A stretch of 64,000 nucleotides of DNA from Dicyema japonicum (Eukaryota; Animalia; Dicyemida): contig RDEW01000015.1 of assembly GCA_011109175.1 (NCBI GenBank), positions 328,310 to 392,309 on the forward strand, read 5' to 3'. Both the position numbers and the translations under genes were made by a program. Under the pieces are notes generated by a model. That model was given only the letters and a program-made list of their open reading frames with translations, searched no databases and had not been told where the DNA came from. Below, piece by piece: positions 1 to 13,269 of the stretch. Every line of letters begins with the position of its first letter. Positions within the stretch are counted from its first letter, which is position 1.

Positions 1-1382
1 AAAGAAATTGTAAGTCTATATTTATGCCCGAATGTTGAATATTGAAAAGTCAAATATTATGAAGATGAGTTCCCATCATTCTTGTTTAACCTATTAACTT
101 TTAAATTCACACGAACACAGAGAAATTGTTTTAATTTAGAGCAGTTGGTATAGTAGTTGATTTGTTGACGTAGCTCTGGTCCACTATGGGATAGCTACAT
201 GTAGTGTCTTCACGTAAAAATGGATATTATCTCACCTTCTTAATAGACCCAGAAAACGTAGGAAACTAGGGATGTTGAATAATGGATCACCAGATATGCT
301 AATGTCTGAATTTGAATTCAGTTTGGTCTAATTTGAAAACTTTGATATGTCTTCCATGAAGAGGAACATGCGAATTCTAGAATGTTCTTAATAAGAAATT
401 AGAATTCGCTAAGAATCCTAAGAAATAAAGAATCCAATTTTGCAGTCTCAATTTGAGAACGAATGTTCTTGGTTTAATTTACGGAATTGGCGATTTTCAG
501 ATGCGGAAACCATTAAATTAATGAACTAAAAATACTAATAAACTCACTAATAAGCCACATGTAAATATTGGGAGACATTTCCTCCTTTCATTATAAAAAC
601 GAGACAATGTTAGTTCGACAAGGAGTCGTTGATTAACAAACAGGTTGTTTTATCAGGCAAATCGGCGAATTCTCAAAGACAAATTGCAAGCTGTGACCAC
701 ATAAATATATTTACGGGACTAATAAATTAATTATCAATCATTAACGACAGTTCTGTTGGTAAGATTAAGATATTTCCTGAGAGTTCAGTGCTCAAGGGGG
801 TAATTCGACCGGTAAAGAAATGGACCAAATACTAAGCCACGTGGAAATTGGATAAATCAATGACAGCGCGTAAATATTGCGAAATGATATTAATTATTAA
901 TGACGTTCTATTCTTGGTTAAATATGGATTGGACTGAACGGTCGAGTAAAAAAGATGCTGTATCACAATTATTTTTTATTTTACCACATTTAGGGCGATT
1001 GATCAATATTCTCCGATATACGGATATTTTTACAATCAGAAATATTTAAAGGACGGCCAGAATTATTATCGTAGGGACTACCGTTACATGAGAACCCCCA
1101 AAGGTACCGTCTACTACTGAAATGTTCAGGCAAGAAAGCATCCATTGTAGCCTCTTCTAAAAACCCAGTTGGAGACCTCCAATGGACTCTGCCACTTTTG
1201 TCAACCCATAAGTCGTATCCCCTGGAGGCAAAGCTATTTCATAGTTGTGGTTGTGCTGATTTTAGAAAAAATTGTTGAAAGAAGAAATTTAAAGGCAAGA
1301 ACTATTTGATTATTTTTAACTGAAACCACTAATTTATTATTTTTAATTTATTGATTAACATTTCGAATTTTCGCCCGATTTA

Positions 1383-1530
1383 TCAATAAATTATTTTTAA
1401 TTTTTTGACAATTTCGTCAGTGTGGCTATTCCCCCTCTGGAATTCAAGGGAAATCCGTTCGAATAGCCAACAGCTTTCTCGAAGGTCCCCTGAACGGACT
1501 GAGATTATGTTTTTGAAGAAATTGTAGTAT
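1383..1530 (-). mobile_element. 3' end of a CRE-like non-LTR retrotransposon
   Basis: Translates GDLRESCWLFERISLEFQRGNSH, matching the ..FQRIS.AI.RGN C-terminus of CRE-clade RLE elements; homologous to 24100-24290 and 62480-62650. Confidence 0.6.
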
Positions 1531-1813
1531 AAATGTTCGAGGATTCCAAAGGTTTCCACAACGAGAGAAAGAAACGTTGCATTTAATCGATTATTAGTGA
1601 AAATTAGATTATTCAACTTGAATGGCTATTAAAACTGTCAAATTGAGTTTTTCTTAAATATTCCGATCTGATGAGGAATATGTCAATTTTGTGTTTACTA
1701 GATGTTATGTTTGCCGACTTTGTAGTCCTGAGAGCCAATATCATTATTTAATTATAAATCATTATTAATCAATATAATGCCAATATAAAACATTTTATAC
1801 GTATATAACTTGT

Positions 1814-2194
1814 ATGATTGGAATATTTATCATTATTCATTATATTTACAATTTCATTACATTCGAGCATCACTTTTACAACAACACCGTCATCGCTGAC
1901 GAGGACTACGACAGTCTTGAGGACTGGTACAATCAGTTGAAGAAGACCGCACAAATAACTTCAACCTTGACTACCCTGTCAACTAGTGCTGTGACGACGA
2001 CGAAAAAACCCCTCTCAAGTGTCCCCTCCAAAAAGAATGTGGTTGTAATGGCGACTTTGATTTCTTCCCTGGTTTGTGTCCTCATTTTGTGCTGTACTGT
2101 TCTTCATGGAATTGCTCAAAGAAAAAAAAGAAAGAAAAATAGGCACGTGGGGAGTACATTTGTCGTCGACGGACTGAAAACCACTGAGATTTGA
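1814..2194 (+). CDS. Small type I membrane protein of unknown family
   Basis: 126-aa ATG ORF with hydrophobic N-terminus, NNT sequon, Thr/Ser-rich stalk, TM segment (VVVMATLISSLVCVLILCCTVL), RKKRKK stop-transfer and C-terminal TTEI. Confidence 0.6.
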   Translation: MIGIFIIIHYIYNFITFEHHFYNNTVIADEDYDSLEDWYNQLKKTAQITSTLTTLSTSAVTTTKKPLSSVPSKKNVVVMATLISSLVCVLILCCTVLHGIAQRKKRKKNRHVGSTFVVDGLKTTEI

Positions 2195-4329
2195 TTTTGT
2201 AAATATTTTATTGTTACTTAACTTTAATGAGGTCTCTGAACTAAAATTGCGTCATTTTGAATAAAATCTTTAAATAATTAAGAAAATGTAGTAAAAGGAA
2301 TGACGCACGTGACCATATGCATTCTGAAATATGGTTTTTATAATAAAGAATTTTGGTTTTCTAAAATGAACGGTGGTTTATCAGGTCACGTGGGTCTCCT
2401 CTTTATCCTATTTGACAAATATAACTCTTGTCCTCGGATTTTTAGCTAAAGATGAGCTAAGACTACTCGGAAGTACTAATATTTATAGTTAATATGAACA
2501 GGAACCTAAGTAAGGATCGCTTCTTTTGATGAACAGGACGATTACTATTGCCATTATTATTAGCAACGTGTATAGAATCTATTAACTGTCATCCTATACG
2601 CGCACTTCTGATAGGTGATCAAGTTCTATCAATTTGGGCTGGGGGAGATTAAACCTGGATCCTACATGCAAAAGACGCTTCGTTTATTAGAACTTGGTGT
2701 TTCCAACATCTCCATCACCTCGTTTGTCGAATTGTCATTGATTTTGTGATAATTCATTTACGTATAGTCAATAGTTGTATGCTTATTACTGTTAACCAAC
2801 AAAATTGTAAATTACCACAAAGTTGACACCATACAGATGAGCTCAATCTAGAGAGAATAGGCTAATCAAACAGTTGTCGACTGCTCCCCGTCAAATACAT
2901 CATATCACCTTGACTACTTTTCGCTGATCTCAAGCAGTTTCGATTCCCTCAGTAATTTGGTTTGAATTCAAATGGACTACTAGAATCAGTGATGTCTTGG
3001 GAGCTATTAATTCATAGTCTTGTGAATATAGGGTTGGATAACGAGGAAATCAATTATGTGACTTGAGTGTATTTTAGTTTTTATTACATCGTATAATGGC
3101 GGCCCTGCTGTTTATAAGAAAAGAAGAGGAGTAGGTTCGTCCTTTTCCATTTTCATCACACGTCCTACCGTCACGGACATTACATCATTCTTCGGCGGAA
3201 GAGTTTCCGTTATGCAATCTTCTCAGGAGGATTTGTTCAAAGAGAAGGAAATGAAAGTACCCAATGGTCTTGTAGAGTCGCATATTTAATTTAAAGAAGA
3301 AATTTAGCAGATCCCTCGGTGAATTGGTAAAACTATGATAATTTGAAGTCTCTGATTACAGAGCACCGTACTTGGACATAAGAAACAATACACAAACGGA
3401 CAATTCCATAAAATTCAGAACTCACAAAACCCGATTCGAATAAATATAAGGAAAGATCTCGACATAGTGCTTAGAGCACTGTTACAATGAACAATCACGA
3501 GTATAAATTACAAGCCTTCGTTATCCTATTTTACTATTTGCCATTTGTCATCAAAGTTGAAGAAACCACAGATTCGCCTTTGAAGTATGCGTGAGTCATA
3601 GTGACTGCATTAACATGATTGAGCAGCAATTCTTCACTGGTCAATATGAAGGTGGTTTACAAAATGATTAAGCTACATAAATTACAATGACCTTTTTATA
3701 TTGATTTACCCTAAAATGGGGTGAATTTGTTTGAAAAACTGAAATTCAAATGCAGTCAACTCTCACAAATTGGCCATTTTTGGTTTCTTAGAATATGTGG
3801 CCAATTTAAAAAACAATAAAATATTAATTTTGAAAAACAGTGAACAAATAAATTTTTTTTATTAAAAAATTTCTTAAATGAACAAAAACCGAATTTAAGA
3901 TTTATTAAAATAAATTTACTTTCTAACTTTTTTTTGCTTCGTATTTTCTTATGAAGAAATTAGAGAAACTTCATTCTCAACATTGACTAAGAGTTCCCTT
4001 ATAGCAGTTAATCTACTAAAATATTTTTTTGTCTATAAGTCTTATTTTTCCGATTCTTGTTCACTATTTTCTGAATCTTTTGAAGAATTTCATTTCCATT
4101 AAATGCAAACAAAGCGGCCTTGGTATTAAGGAATCATTCAAAAAACCCATAGAAAATTGATTTTTCAAAAAAATACATTTAGACTCTACCCTCATCCATT
4201 TTACTTACATCTCTTCAAGTTTTGAAACTTTGGTTTATGTGCAGCTTTAAAAGACGGTTGATATTTTTTAGAATCTTTCAAAATAGTATGCTTATTCAGT
4301 AAAATAATATGTCGCGAGCGCACGCGTGC

Positions 4330-5250
4330 GTGAAGGTTTTGGAAACTAAAGAAGGTTTGACCGCAATCTGCCTTGATGTATCCAAAGCATTCGACAGTGT
4401 GTGGTATCTTGGTCTTTTTATTTGTCTTGCGAAATGTGGTATTGAAAAGGAACTCTTTTTTTTGGATACAAAGTTTGCTCTCAGATAGACGGTCAATTGT
4501 TAATTTTTTAAACTATGAATCTCGTGAAATTTGGTTGAGAAGAGATGTACCTCAGGGTTCACTGCTCAGTCATTTGTTATTTAACATTGTAATGAGTGAA
4601 TTGCCTTCCCAAGAAAACCCACGTACATAAATTTTTACATATGCTGATGACGTCATAATTTATGATGTTTCTTTAAACCCTTTGGTATCTGAGAAACGAT
4701 TGAAGACGTACATGGACCAGATTGAAGAGTGGTGCAATAAAAACTTCCTTTCGGTGGCACATGAGAAGTCTGGTATGCTGAGGATAACTGGAAGCAGGAT
4801 GGCTAACCTAAAGAGCTTGTTACAAGACATACTTGGGAAGAAGACTATGAAATACCATGGTCTCCTAACTGACGAGGGAGGTAATTTTCTGGAACATGTT
4901 AAAATACGAAAGAAAAAAGCTACGAACGCTCTTTACTGCGTTAGAAAATTAAAACTCGAGCCGGAGACCTTTGTTTGTGTCTTCAACACTGCGATACTAC
5001 CTGCAATGTTATACGGTTTAGAAGGATGATACGAGTCGAAAAAGAGAGACTCTATCCTGAAGAAATTTAAGAAAACGTGAAATTTTGCTCTTAAGCTTGC
5101 TTACAGGATAAGTCCTCGTATGCCAATTCCCCTATGGTTGAAAGGAAAAATGTGCAAGGTTGGCGGAACTATCGAAAATCTTATTCGAGGTTTCAAAAAT
5201 CGCACTAAAGTATCTGGCACATATCTTCAGAAATGACCCCGTGTTTACGG
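4330..5250 (+). mobile_element. Degraded LINE reverse transcriptase fragment
   Basis: RT motifs LDVSKAFDSVW, VPQGSLLSHLLFN and TYADDV across frames, with stops. Confidence 0.8.
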
Positions 5251-5410
5251 ATTTTTTGAGAGACTGTCGGAGTAGAAGTCGGTTAGCATGTTCTACAGTT
5301 TCATATTACTTCTCCATCACTTAATTTACAGTGCTTTTTCTTTATAATAACTTACTTCAAGGACAGACATTAAAAGCTGTAGCTCCAAATATAAAAGCGG
5401 ACCTTCTAAG

Positions 5411-5475
5411 TAGCATACTTGTTAGTGCTGTTGCCTGTATCTCGATTAGCTGTGGGTTCGGTTCCCACACTGCTA
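5411..5475 (+). other. tRNA-like relic directly upstream of a CRE element
   Basis: TAGCA...TGCTA terminal pairing and T-arm-like TGTGGGTTCGGTTCCCACA; D and anticodon arms do not fold well. Confidence 0.3.
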
Positions 5476-5519
5476 CCTGTCGATAGATTCCTCTTTTCTC
5501 TTTGCCTTTTTCAATTCTT

Positions 5520-7790
5520 AAAAGGTGTCATGTGACCCATCTGTCCAAAAACGCTCAGTGCCAGGCCAACATGCAAAAACGATCTAGCTCTTCCTCACTC
5601 ACTGGATAAGTTCACAGATATGGATAGACGTGATGCTTGGAAAGGATGCATGTTCTTCCACCTTTGATGTGTCAGACTGTCGAGGAAGTCTTTGAAACCT
5701 TTGTCTTCTTGGATTTGCCACGATTGAGACCCAAACAATATGATTCCCTTCTAGGAGTTACTAAATCCCTTATGTCTGACCCTGTTTCTGGATCGCCTAC
5801 CAGTCACGTTACGTCTAAAGAAATTTTACTTCTCACATGGAGGTTGCGAGTACAGAGGCGTATTCCTTTGAGGATTCCAAAATCCGTGAGAGTGGTGGCG
5901 GCTGAGGCTCTTGCTTGTGCTATTGACAGGGATGCCTCGTCTTTGGAGAACAAGGATTGGATTCCCTTATTTCTCGCTCCCCTAATTGCACTTGGACTGG
6001 ACTCTAATCATCGAGGAGCTTCTACCGCTGCAAGACTTAGGAAATCTACTCAGTCGTTTAAGGATGAGAATCTTTCTTTTTTCCCTCTCGAGAGTCCTAT
6101 ATCGTGGAAACAAAGTTTTTTCTTCAAAATACGGTTGCAGCAAGCTAATGGATAGGCAGCAGTTAAGGCATTGTTTTCAACCGAGACCATCCTCTCAGTC
6201 ATCCCTGAATCATTTCTACTTTGAAGAATAAACATCCTCCCCTTCCATTAGATCTTAGAGAATTTTCAACACCATTAGACAGCCTCTCCCCCGTTTTATT
6301 TACCGGTCAAATCCTTCTCACCAGACAGCAGCGTGGGTGGATGGTTTACGCCCTGAGCACATTCAGAGACCTTTTTGTCATTCTTAACTTTGTGGCGGAC
6401 GCTCACTCTGTATCATCGTTAACCAAACTCGTAAACCCATTTTCATCTTGGAACATCCCCCGTGAACTCTTTTTCCTGCCCTATTGTTCTCTTCTCGAAG
6501 CTTGGTGTTGGAATCAGGCATATTGTCGTTGGAAACCTATTCCGCAAACTGCTTCAAAACTTTCGTGCTGGCGTGTCATCGATGATCTGTCTTCTGATCT
6601 GAAACCTGTTAACTCTTAGTGGGGGTCCGCGGCAGTTGCGAATATGTCATTCATGCCGCTCGTTCCTTTGTGAACTATTGTAAAAAGGATAACCCTGAAT
6701 TATTGTGAAGCTAGGCGTTTCTAACGCCTTCAATTCGGTGAGGAGAGACCATCTTCTTGAAACCGTTTTGAGGAGACCCCAAGAATTATCCACATTACGA
6801 ACCTCGCATACGGTATCCAACCCATCTCGTATCGGTGATGGACTATTAAATCATCGACTGGGTACAATATGGTTATTTTCTCGTCATTTCTTTTTTGCTT
6901 AGGCAGTTGATGAGGCCATCCGTTCGTGTGTGACGGCTTTCAATTGTTGGTATTGGACGGTGCTACGATTGGTGGATCTGCCTTGTCGGTTATGAAAAGT
7001 CTTTGAATACTTCTTACATTCTTGCCAATTATGGACTCGAGATTAATTCGAGTAAATCTGAAATTTGTAATCCGGGACTCTCGCATGATGAATACTTTAA
7101 ATAACGATACACGCTCATGTCTTTTCTCCCCGATACTGCTATTACCGATGTGGAACACCTTATGATAGTGGGCTCTCCCAGTCCCTCATATACGTAGTAA
7201 TAAAATATCGGAGATTTCTGGAGCCACCATTAAACTGCACGAACCTTTCCACATACTGTGTTTTTTTCTTCCTTCCAAGATTAATGTTTTGGGACGTTTC
7301 TCTCCTTGCTACCTCTTTCCGGAAAGCCTGGAGAACTTCAATATTCTTACCTCCAAATCTATCGAAGAAATTGTGAATATAAATTTCGATAACACTGGAT
7401 TGATGCAAGCACTCTTTCCCGTCAGATTTAGGGATATTGGCCTAACTTCTGTTGTTGACGTTTTCCTGCCATCCTTCCTGTCCCTTTATCATGCAACGCA
7501 TTTCTCATCCTGACTATTCTTCCAGATTTCTGCAAATCCTCCCTGGGCGACAAATTGCTGATGGGTTGAAGAGTTTTTCGGTGGCTTTTGAAGAAATCCC
7601 TATTGATATACTCCAACTGAATAACTGGACCGACATTTTGTACAAAAATATCATTCGACCGCTTTCACCGTCGGGCTTGCATTTTGGCAGCCTCTTCCCC
7701 TCACAGGGGTGCTTGGCTCAACGCGTTCCAATCATCGTCAATTGGTTCTCTTCCGGAACAGGACGCCCTCGTTAGCTCATAATTCTATCA
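5520..7790 (+). mobile_element. Degenerate CRE-like non-LTR retrotransposon
   Basis: CPIC zinc-finger start, RIPKSVRVVAAEAL, and RT fragments GVRGSCEYVIHAARS and LGVSNAFNSVRRDHLL typical of the CRE clade; many frameshifts. Confidence 0.7.
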
Positions 7791-7799
7791 GCTGGATTA

Positions 7800-8010
7800 T
7801 TTTGATTGTTTTATTTATTTAACTTCAAGACCACCAAGAAAATAGGTCAAAACTAACTAATTAGGTGATCCCAGCCTTCAACAACATCCGAACTCTTTTC
7901 GCCTGGTCTTCTGATGACCCAACCGCATTCCGGAAGCGCTTCTCTTCCTTCTGCATAGGAATTCAATCGGCGTGCATTTTTATATCATCAACCTAAATTC
8001 CTCTACATGG
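7800..8010 (-). mobile_element. LINE 3' end (family D, GIT-stop tail)
   Basis: Minus strand reads TPIEFLCRR...KAGIT*, followed by a stem-loop tail and AAATAAAT; homologous to 22808-23011 and 59004-59237. Confidence 0.7.
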
Positions 8011-8331
8011 GCCACCTTTTCCTTGAATGGTTTTCCCAGTTTCTTGCAAAAACGTATGAAACCCTAGCCATTCTTCAACGTCGGCTAATCAGAAACGAGG
8101 CCGCCAATGGAAATGTCAATGTGGTGCATAATTTTCCGCCTGAGAGAGTTCAAACGATCAATTCTCGAAGAGGGAATGGCGAATCTCCAGGCGGAGCAGG
8201 GATATTCAATAGTAGGGACAATGACTTTTGATTGTCTTGTATCGTAATAAATTGTTTTTGTTTAAAAAAATTTAATATTTTAAAATAAAAATAATTTTCA
8301 AATAAAATAACAATTATTTTCAACACGAGAA

Positions 8332-9330
8332 ATGCTTAGAATGAATTTTGGATTATTTTTAGCTCGATCTCTCAGCTCCTCTTACAACAACGGGATAAAA
8401 AACCTTCTCATAATTGGAGGAGGTCAGATGGGCTCAGGGATTGCTCAGGTTACCAAATCACTCACAATTAGGTTTCAGCCATTGCCGGCTACAACATTAA
8501 CGTAGTTGACATGAGCACTGATGTTCTTGATAAAAGCAAGTCCACGATTAGCAGGGGGCTGAAACTGAGTGCTAGGAAGCTCAAATCTCTAGGAGCCTCT
8601 ACAGTTGTTTAAACTGTTTATTTTAGGACAAACTACTAATGGTTGAGTCTGCTTTGGAGAAGATTACATTTTCTACTGATTTTAAGCCTTTTGCTCCTTC
8701 CGCAGATTTGGTCGTCGAGGCAGTGTTGGAGAAACTCGACGTTAAAAAGAAAATATTCGGGGATCTCCAGTCTCTATGTGGCAAAGAAACAATTTTGGCC
8801 ACGAACACCTCATCCTTGCCAGTTGAAGCCATCATGGAAGGCCTCAGTGGACAAGATCGCTGTGCAGGGCTCCATTTCTTCAACCCAGTGGCTGTGATGA
8901 AACTAGTGGAAGTTATAAAGACATCAAGTACGAGTTCCTCCACCGTGGATCGACTTAAGAGTTTTGTCGAGTCCGTAGGGAAGACCTCAGTTCAGTGCAA
9001 GGACACTGCAGGATTTATCGTCAATCGACTTCTTTTGCCTTATTTGGGAGAAGCTATGACGATGTATGATAGAGGTGATGCCGAAATGAGAGATATTGAC
9101 ACGGCCATGAAGCTTGGGGCAAATTATCCCCTCGGTCCCTTTGAATTGATTGATTTCATTGGGCTGGATACGATCAAGTTCATTTTGGACTGTATGGGGT
9201 TTGTTTATTTGTAGTTTGGAGTAAGACTGAACCTGATAACCCCCAATTCAAGTCAGTCCCTATTTTAGACAAATTGGTGGCTGAAGGAAAGCTTGGTGTT
9301 AAAACTAAACAGGGATTCTATTCCTATTAG
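8332..9330 (+). CDS. HADH: 3-hydroxyacyl-CoA dehydrogenase (mitochondrial, short chain)
   Basis: IIGGGQMGSGIAQ Rossmann motif, DLVVEAV, NTSS, GLHFFNPV, GFIVNRLL and GPFELIDFIGLDT; three 23-nt GT-AG introns (8449-8471, 8604-8626, 9192-9214) restore a full frame ending QGFYSY*. Confidence 0.95.
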
Positions 9331-9399
9331 TTATTACATGACATTTCGGTTTGTTTGGGTTTTCCCTCATTATATTCATATTATTTAATACCACAGAAA

Positions 9400-10230
9400 T
9401 ATCTCTTTAATAAACCAGGTAGCATAGTGGTGCTGTGTACCCCGATACCTATAAGTCAAGAATTCCGTTCTGCTCTCTACCTACTTAAATTCCTAAGATA
9501 CAGTCTACCAATCTCACGAAACTCACAGTGCGTTTCACTCCGACAGTGGGAACTGGATATAATCGGTAGTAATATCTGCTTAGACGTTAAGCCATTTTAT
9601 TTATTTACTCACGGTGACTTCGAGTGATTGAAACTGGTGACTAACAAGAAAGTCATAGACATAAGCGGACGTTCCCAGAGATCCATCGGGTGTATTTGGT
9701 GTTGTGCAGAACTCGGAGGCGGCACAATATCGAAAATAACGACACGCCAATTAAAGTTTTGCCATGTGGGTCTCTCATTAATATTTTCCTTGCAAAACTT
9801 ACATAACTAAAGGAACAGCCAAGTTGGAGATGAGAATCAAAGAATTTTAGACATTATAGCTACGTTAGCCAACTACAAATTTTTCGTTGTAAAGAGTCAG
9901 TGCACATTTAAGTACTTGTGATCGTAGAATAAGCCATTCCAAATTTGGGATGCAATCAACCATTCCACTGAGTGACTACAGTATGAAGCATATTCATGGT
10001 GGAAGCAGATTTTACTTTGGTCTGAAAAGTTTAGAAGCAACAAGAATTTTATATTATTGAATAATGACCCTTAAGTAAATTTTCAAATCTTCTCCCAGGA
10101 ATTCAAAAATTTTGATTCCAACTATAAATTCGATTCTTAAAAAGATTTGGGCTTGTTAAGTAAAATGGAATGTGGAATTTGGTATCGTGCAAATGAACAT
10201 CTTCCATTTTTGTGCCAAATTCTCCTTTTC
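9400..10230 (+). pseudogene. Possible fragmented C-type-lectin-domain coding region
   Basis: Scattered CTLD-like peptides (QCVSLRQW..ICLDVKPF, CAELGGGTISKI, DENQRILDII, CGIWYRANEHLPFLCQI); no clean gene model. Confidence 0.25.
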
Positions 10231-12187
10231 ATTAGTAACCCTATGTTAACTCCACTGCTCGCATGCAGAGAAAACTAACATCACTGAACGACTCACAAAA
10301 TAACCTTTCTAACGTGGAATTATACTTAATTTTGAGTCTTCTGATTAAAAATATTCACAATCTTTTAGTTTTTAAGTTTAATTTTTGTAATTTCCAATCA
10401 ACTAGACTGGTGCTTTAGTCTTCAAGTTAAAGTTTACTTTGGAAAAGTATATGGCTCATTCAACCCATTTAACGCTTTCTATATAAATTGGCTTCAAATA
10501 AATGTTCCGAGATCGTGAGAGCGATCCACTGGTTAAAGAGGATGAAAATGTCTTTAACGGAATGAAATATAAACGACATTTCTGGGAACTCGAAATACAG
10601 TTTGAGACAGATAACTTCAAAAATTGACTTTGATAAAATCACATATAGAGGTCAAAACATACTTTCTATATGAATTGTGTCGATTATCATAATGACCCTG
10701 GTTTAGGACAACCATTTTTAAAAGCAGTTCCCCCAAAACTGTAGGTAAATTCAATTGAATGATTATTTCCTTCATAAATTGTATTTCAATGACAATGTAG
10801 TCAAGATTATGTAATCCTCAACTATGAGTAGGCATCCAAGATTATATCACTACAATATTGAAGCTTTGCTATTATGTATTGTCATCAACAATTTCGATAC
10901 CTTACTTTCTCTGGCTTCATGCTCTCAATCAAATATCTTCTCACTCTTAAAGCAGTCTGAGTGATCGAGGAGTTATTATAAACGACAGATTTTCTTTAGT
11001 CATCAATGTAATTAACTTTTACCAGTCTTTCCGACGTTTATTAAGCTGTATTCGAGTAGGTTTAACCACAATTCTACTTTTCAACTTTTCTTGACTGACA
11101 CTCTGAGACGGAGGGGAAACAATTTTCTCTTGGCTTACGAAAACTACATCGTTTTAGCATCATGGGATCAAGACGTCCTTTGGCAGCCACCAAGAGAATA
11201 CAAAATCACCTGAACCGTTTACTTTTGTGGATGAACGAGCGACAATTAGCCTTGAGAAACCCATTTTATCATTAAAATCTTTTACATCCACTCACATTGC
11301 CATACTAGTAACTCAAACATGTGTTAGTATGTGATTGCTCTTTTGTTTTTGGACATTTTCCCATATTACCAAGTTTATTAGAAGACAGGGTCCATTTATA
11401 TCTACAAGCTTACTGACCCCATTCGACACTAATTTTTCAATAATTTGTATAACGTTGCATATGTGTAATCGACCTATACTCACTAGGTAATTTAGGGTTG
11501 TCTACTTTGAGAATCAGCTACGCCATCTTCGTGAATAGGCATTGGGGAATAATACATGGATGGGCGACATAATCCCTCAGAATATTGTGGAAAGGAATGA
11601 TACATGTGATAAAGAATTATACATTTTGTCAACTTACGGGGTTTTCAGTTCGAAAGCCTAACAATGGCATCTGTCATTGTACTGTAGATCCCATCAATGC
11701 CGCAAAACTAAGTCATGTGGAAGTTACTCTGTTCGATTATATAAGAAGAATCCCTTTACGAGTGCAGACTACCTCAAAGGTAATCATTTCCGACTCAAAA
11801 TACAAGTCAATTCCAACATATAGTTGTGAATCTCTCCAAGAAATGATCCAGTAGAGTTGGGGTAAGAAAATGACTCCGCCCTACACTCGTATTCCTCTCA
11901 AGACTAAAGGATGCATGAGTACACGCCAATTGAACAAAAGAAAAAGAATATAGCATACAAGAGAAGCTGCTACCAAGCAACCCGAGGGAAACTAAAACCA
12001 AAGCCTACTGTCATAAACTAGTTACCCTGACCATTAAGCTATCAGGCTCACCTCGGAACAACCATAGCTTATCCCATTCCAGCCCAATTGAACCCACAAC
12101 AATACTCATAATTCTACCTTAAGTTGTTAAATGTTTGAAGAGAACAACAATAGATTAAGGTTAAGAATTAAGAAGTCAGATAAATTA

Positions 12188-13165
12188 TTAATGCCCAGAT
12201 GAAGATGAATCGATACTAAGTAATACTTCACGGAATCGAGAAGTACCAACTTGCCTTCGTCTGCTAGAAAAAAATATCACACATATGAATGATAGAGCTC
12301 CACGAATTAGGATCGACTCCATTCTCAGATTTAAAGCCCCTAATTATAACAAATACATGCAACTCATTCGCTAAATTATGTTCCTTCCGTTCATTAAGCA
12401 TTTTATTCCTTTCATCGTTTGTTTTCTTTAACCATTGTTTAGCCTCCTCCTCTAAAATACGGTTATCCTCAATTTCCTTTGCATCTAATCATCACCAATC
12501 TCCGAGAAATACCGATTGCAGCTATTCTAGCCTGATACTCGCTCATCAATTCATCTTTATTGCATCAGCAGGTCAATAATATTAGCCGGTGGATCAACAT
12601 GACCGAAGGATACTTCATTGGGTGAAATATCAGACTGATTGTCATCCTATTTTAATATACAATAAATAATAATTAAGTTGCGGTTGGGTTAAACCAAGCT
12701 TTGTGGGCATACATTTGGATTCACAACATAATCAGTCTCTAATACTTCCTGGTGAAACTCCGCTGCATCCTCATTATTGAATGGGTATAATTCTGGGACT
12801 GGTGGGGCAAAATCATCATTAGGAGGAAACGAGAAACCATCTTGGATTTCTAAAGCGTCGTCATCGTTTAATGAAAATGCAAAGGCATTTGGGTCTTCTA
12901 TGACGAGAGACAATATACTTTCAATTTCTGAATTTGATACATTTTCGTAGAAGACAGACTCTTGATTTACCTTCTCAGTCATTTCAAAGGCCTCATTGGC
13001 TTCGACAAATGGAAAGTCTCCTATCCCTATAAAATAATAATAGAGGTTATTAGACAAACCTTCATTATCTAACTGTGGAGGAACTGAAGAAAAGTTCAAT
13101 TCCTCATTTCCCTTTGTTGCTTCTTGGTTGGTGAAGTCAATTTCAAATGAATCCGGATCACACAT
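12188..13165 (-). CDS. Clathrin light chain
   Basis: Acidic N-terminal ORF continues via short introns into EYQARIAAIDAKEIEDNRILEEEAKQWLKK (heavy-chain-binding helix) and SWSSIIHMCD..TSRFREVLLS (cf. EWEKVAQLCDF..DVSRLRSVLMSL); one T-run indel near 12270; middle splicing uncertain. Confidence 0.75.
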
Positions 13166-13269
13166 AAGTGAATTTTAATTAGGTAATATTAAGGTTCAAA
13201 TTAAATTAATATTAGTTATTAAGTTAATTTTATATTAATTAATAATCTATTTCCTTGATCGGCCAACGT

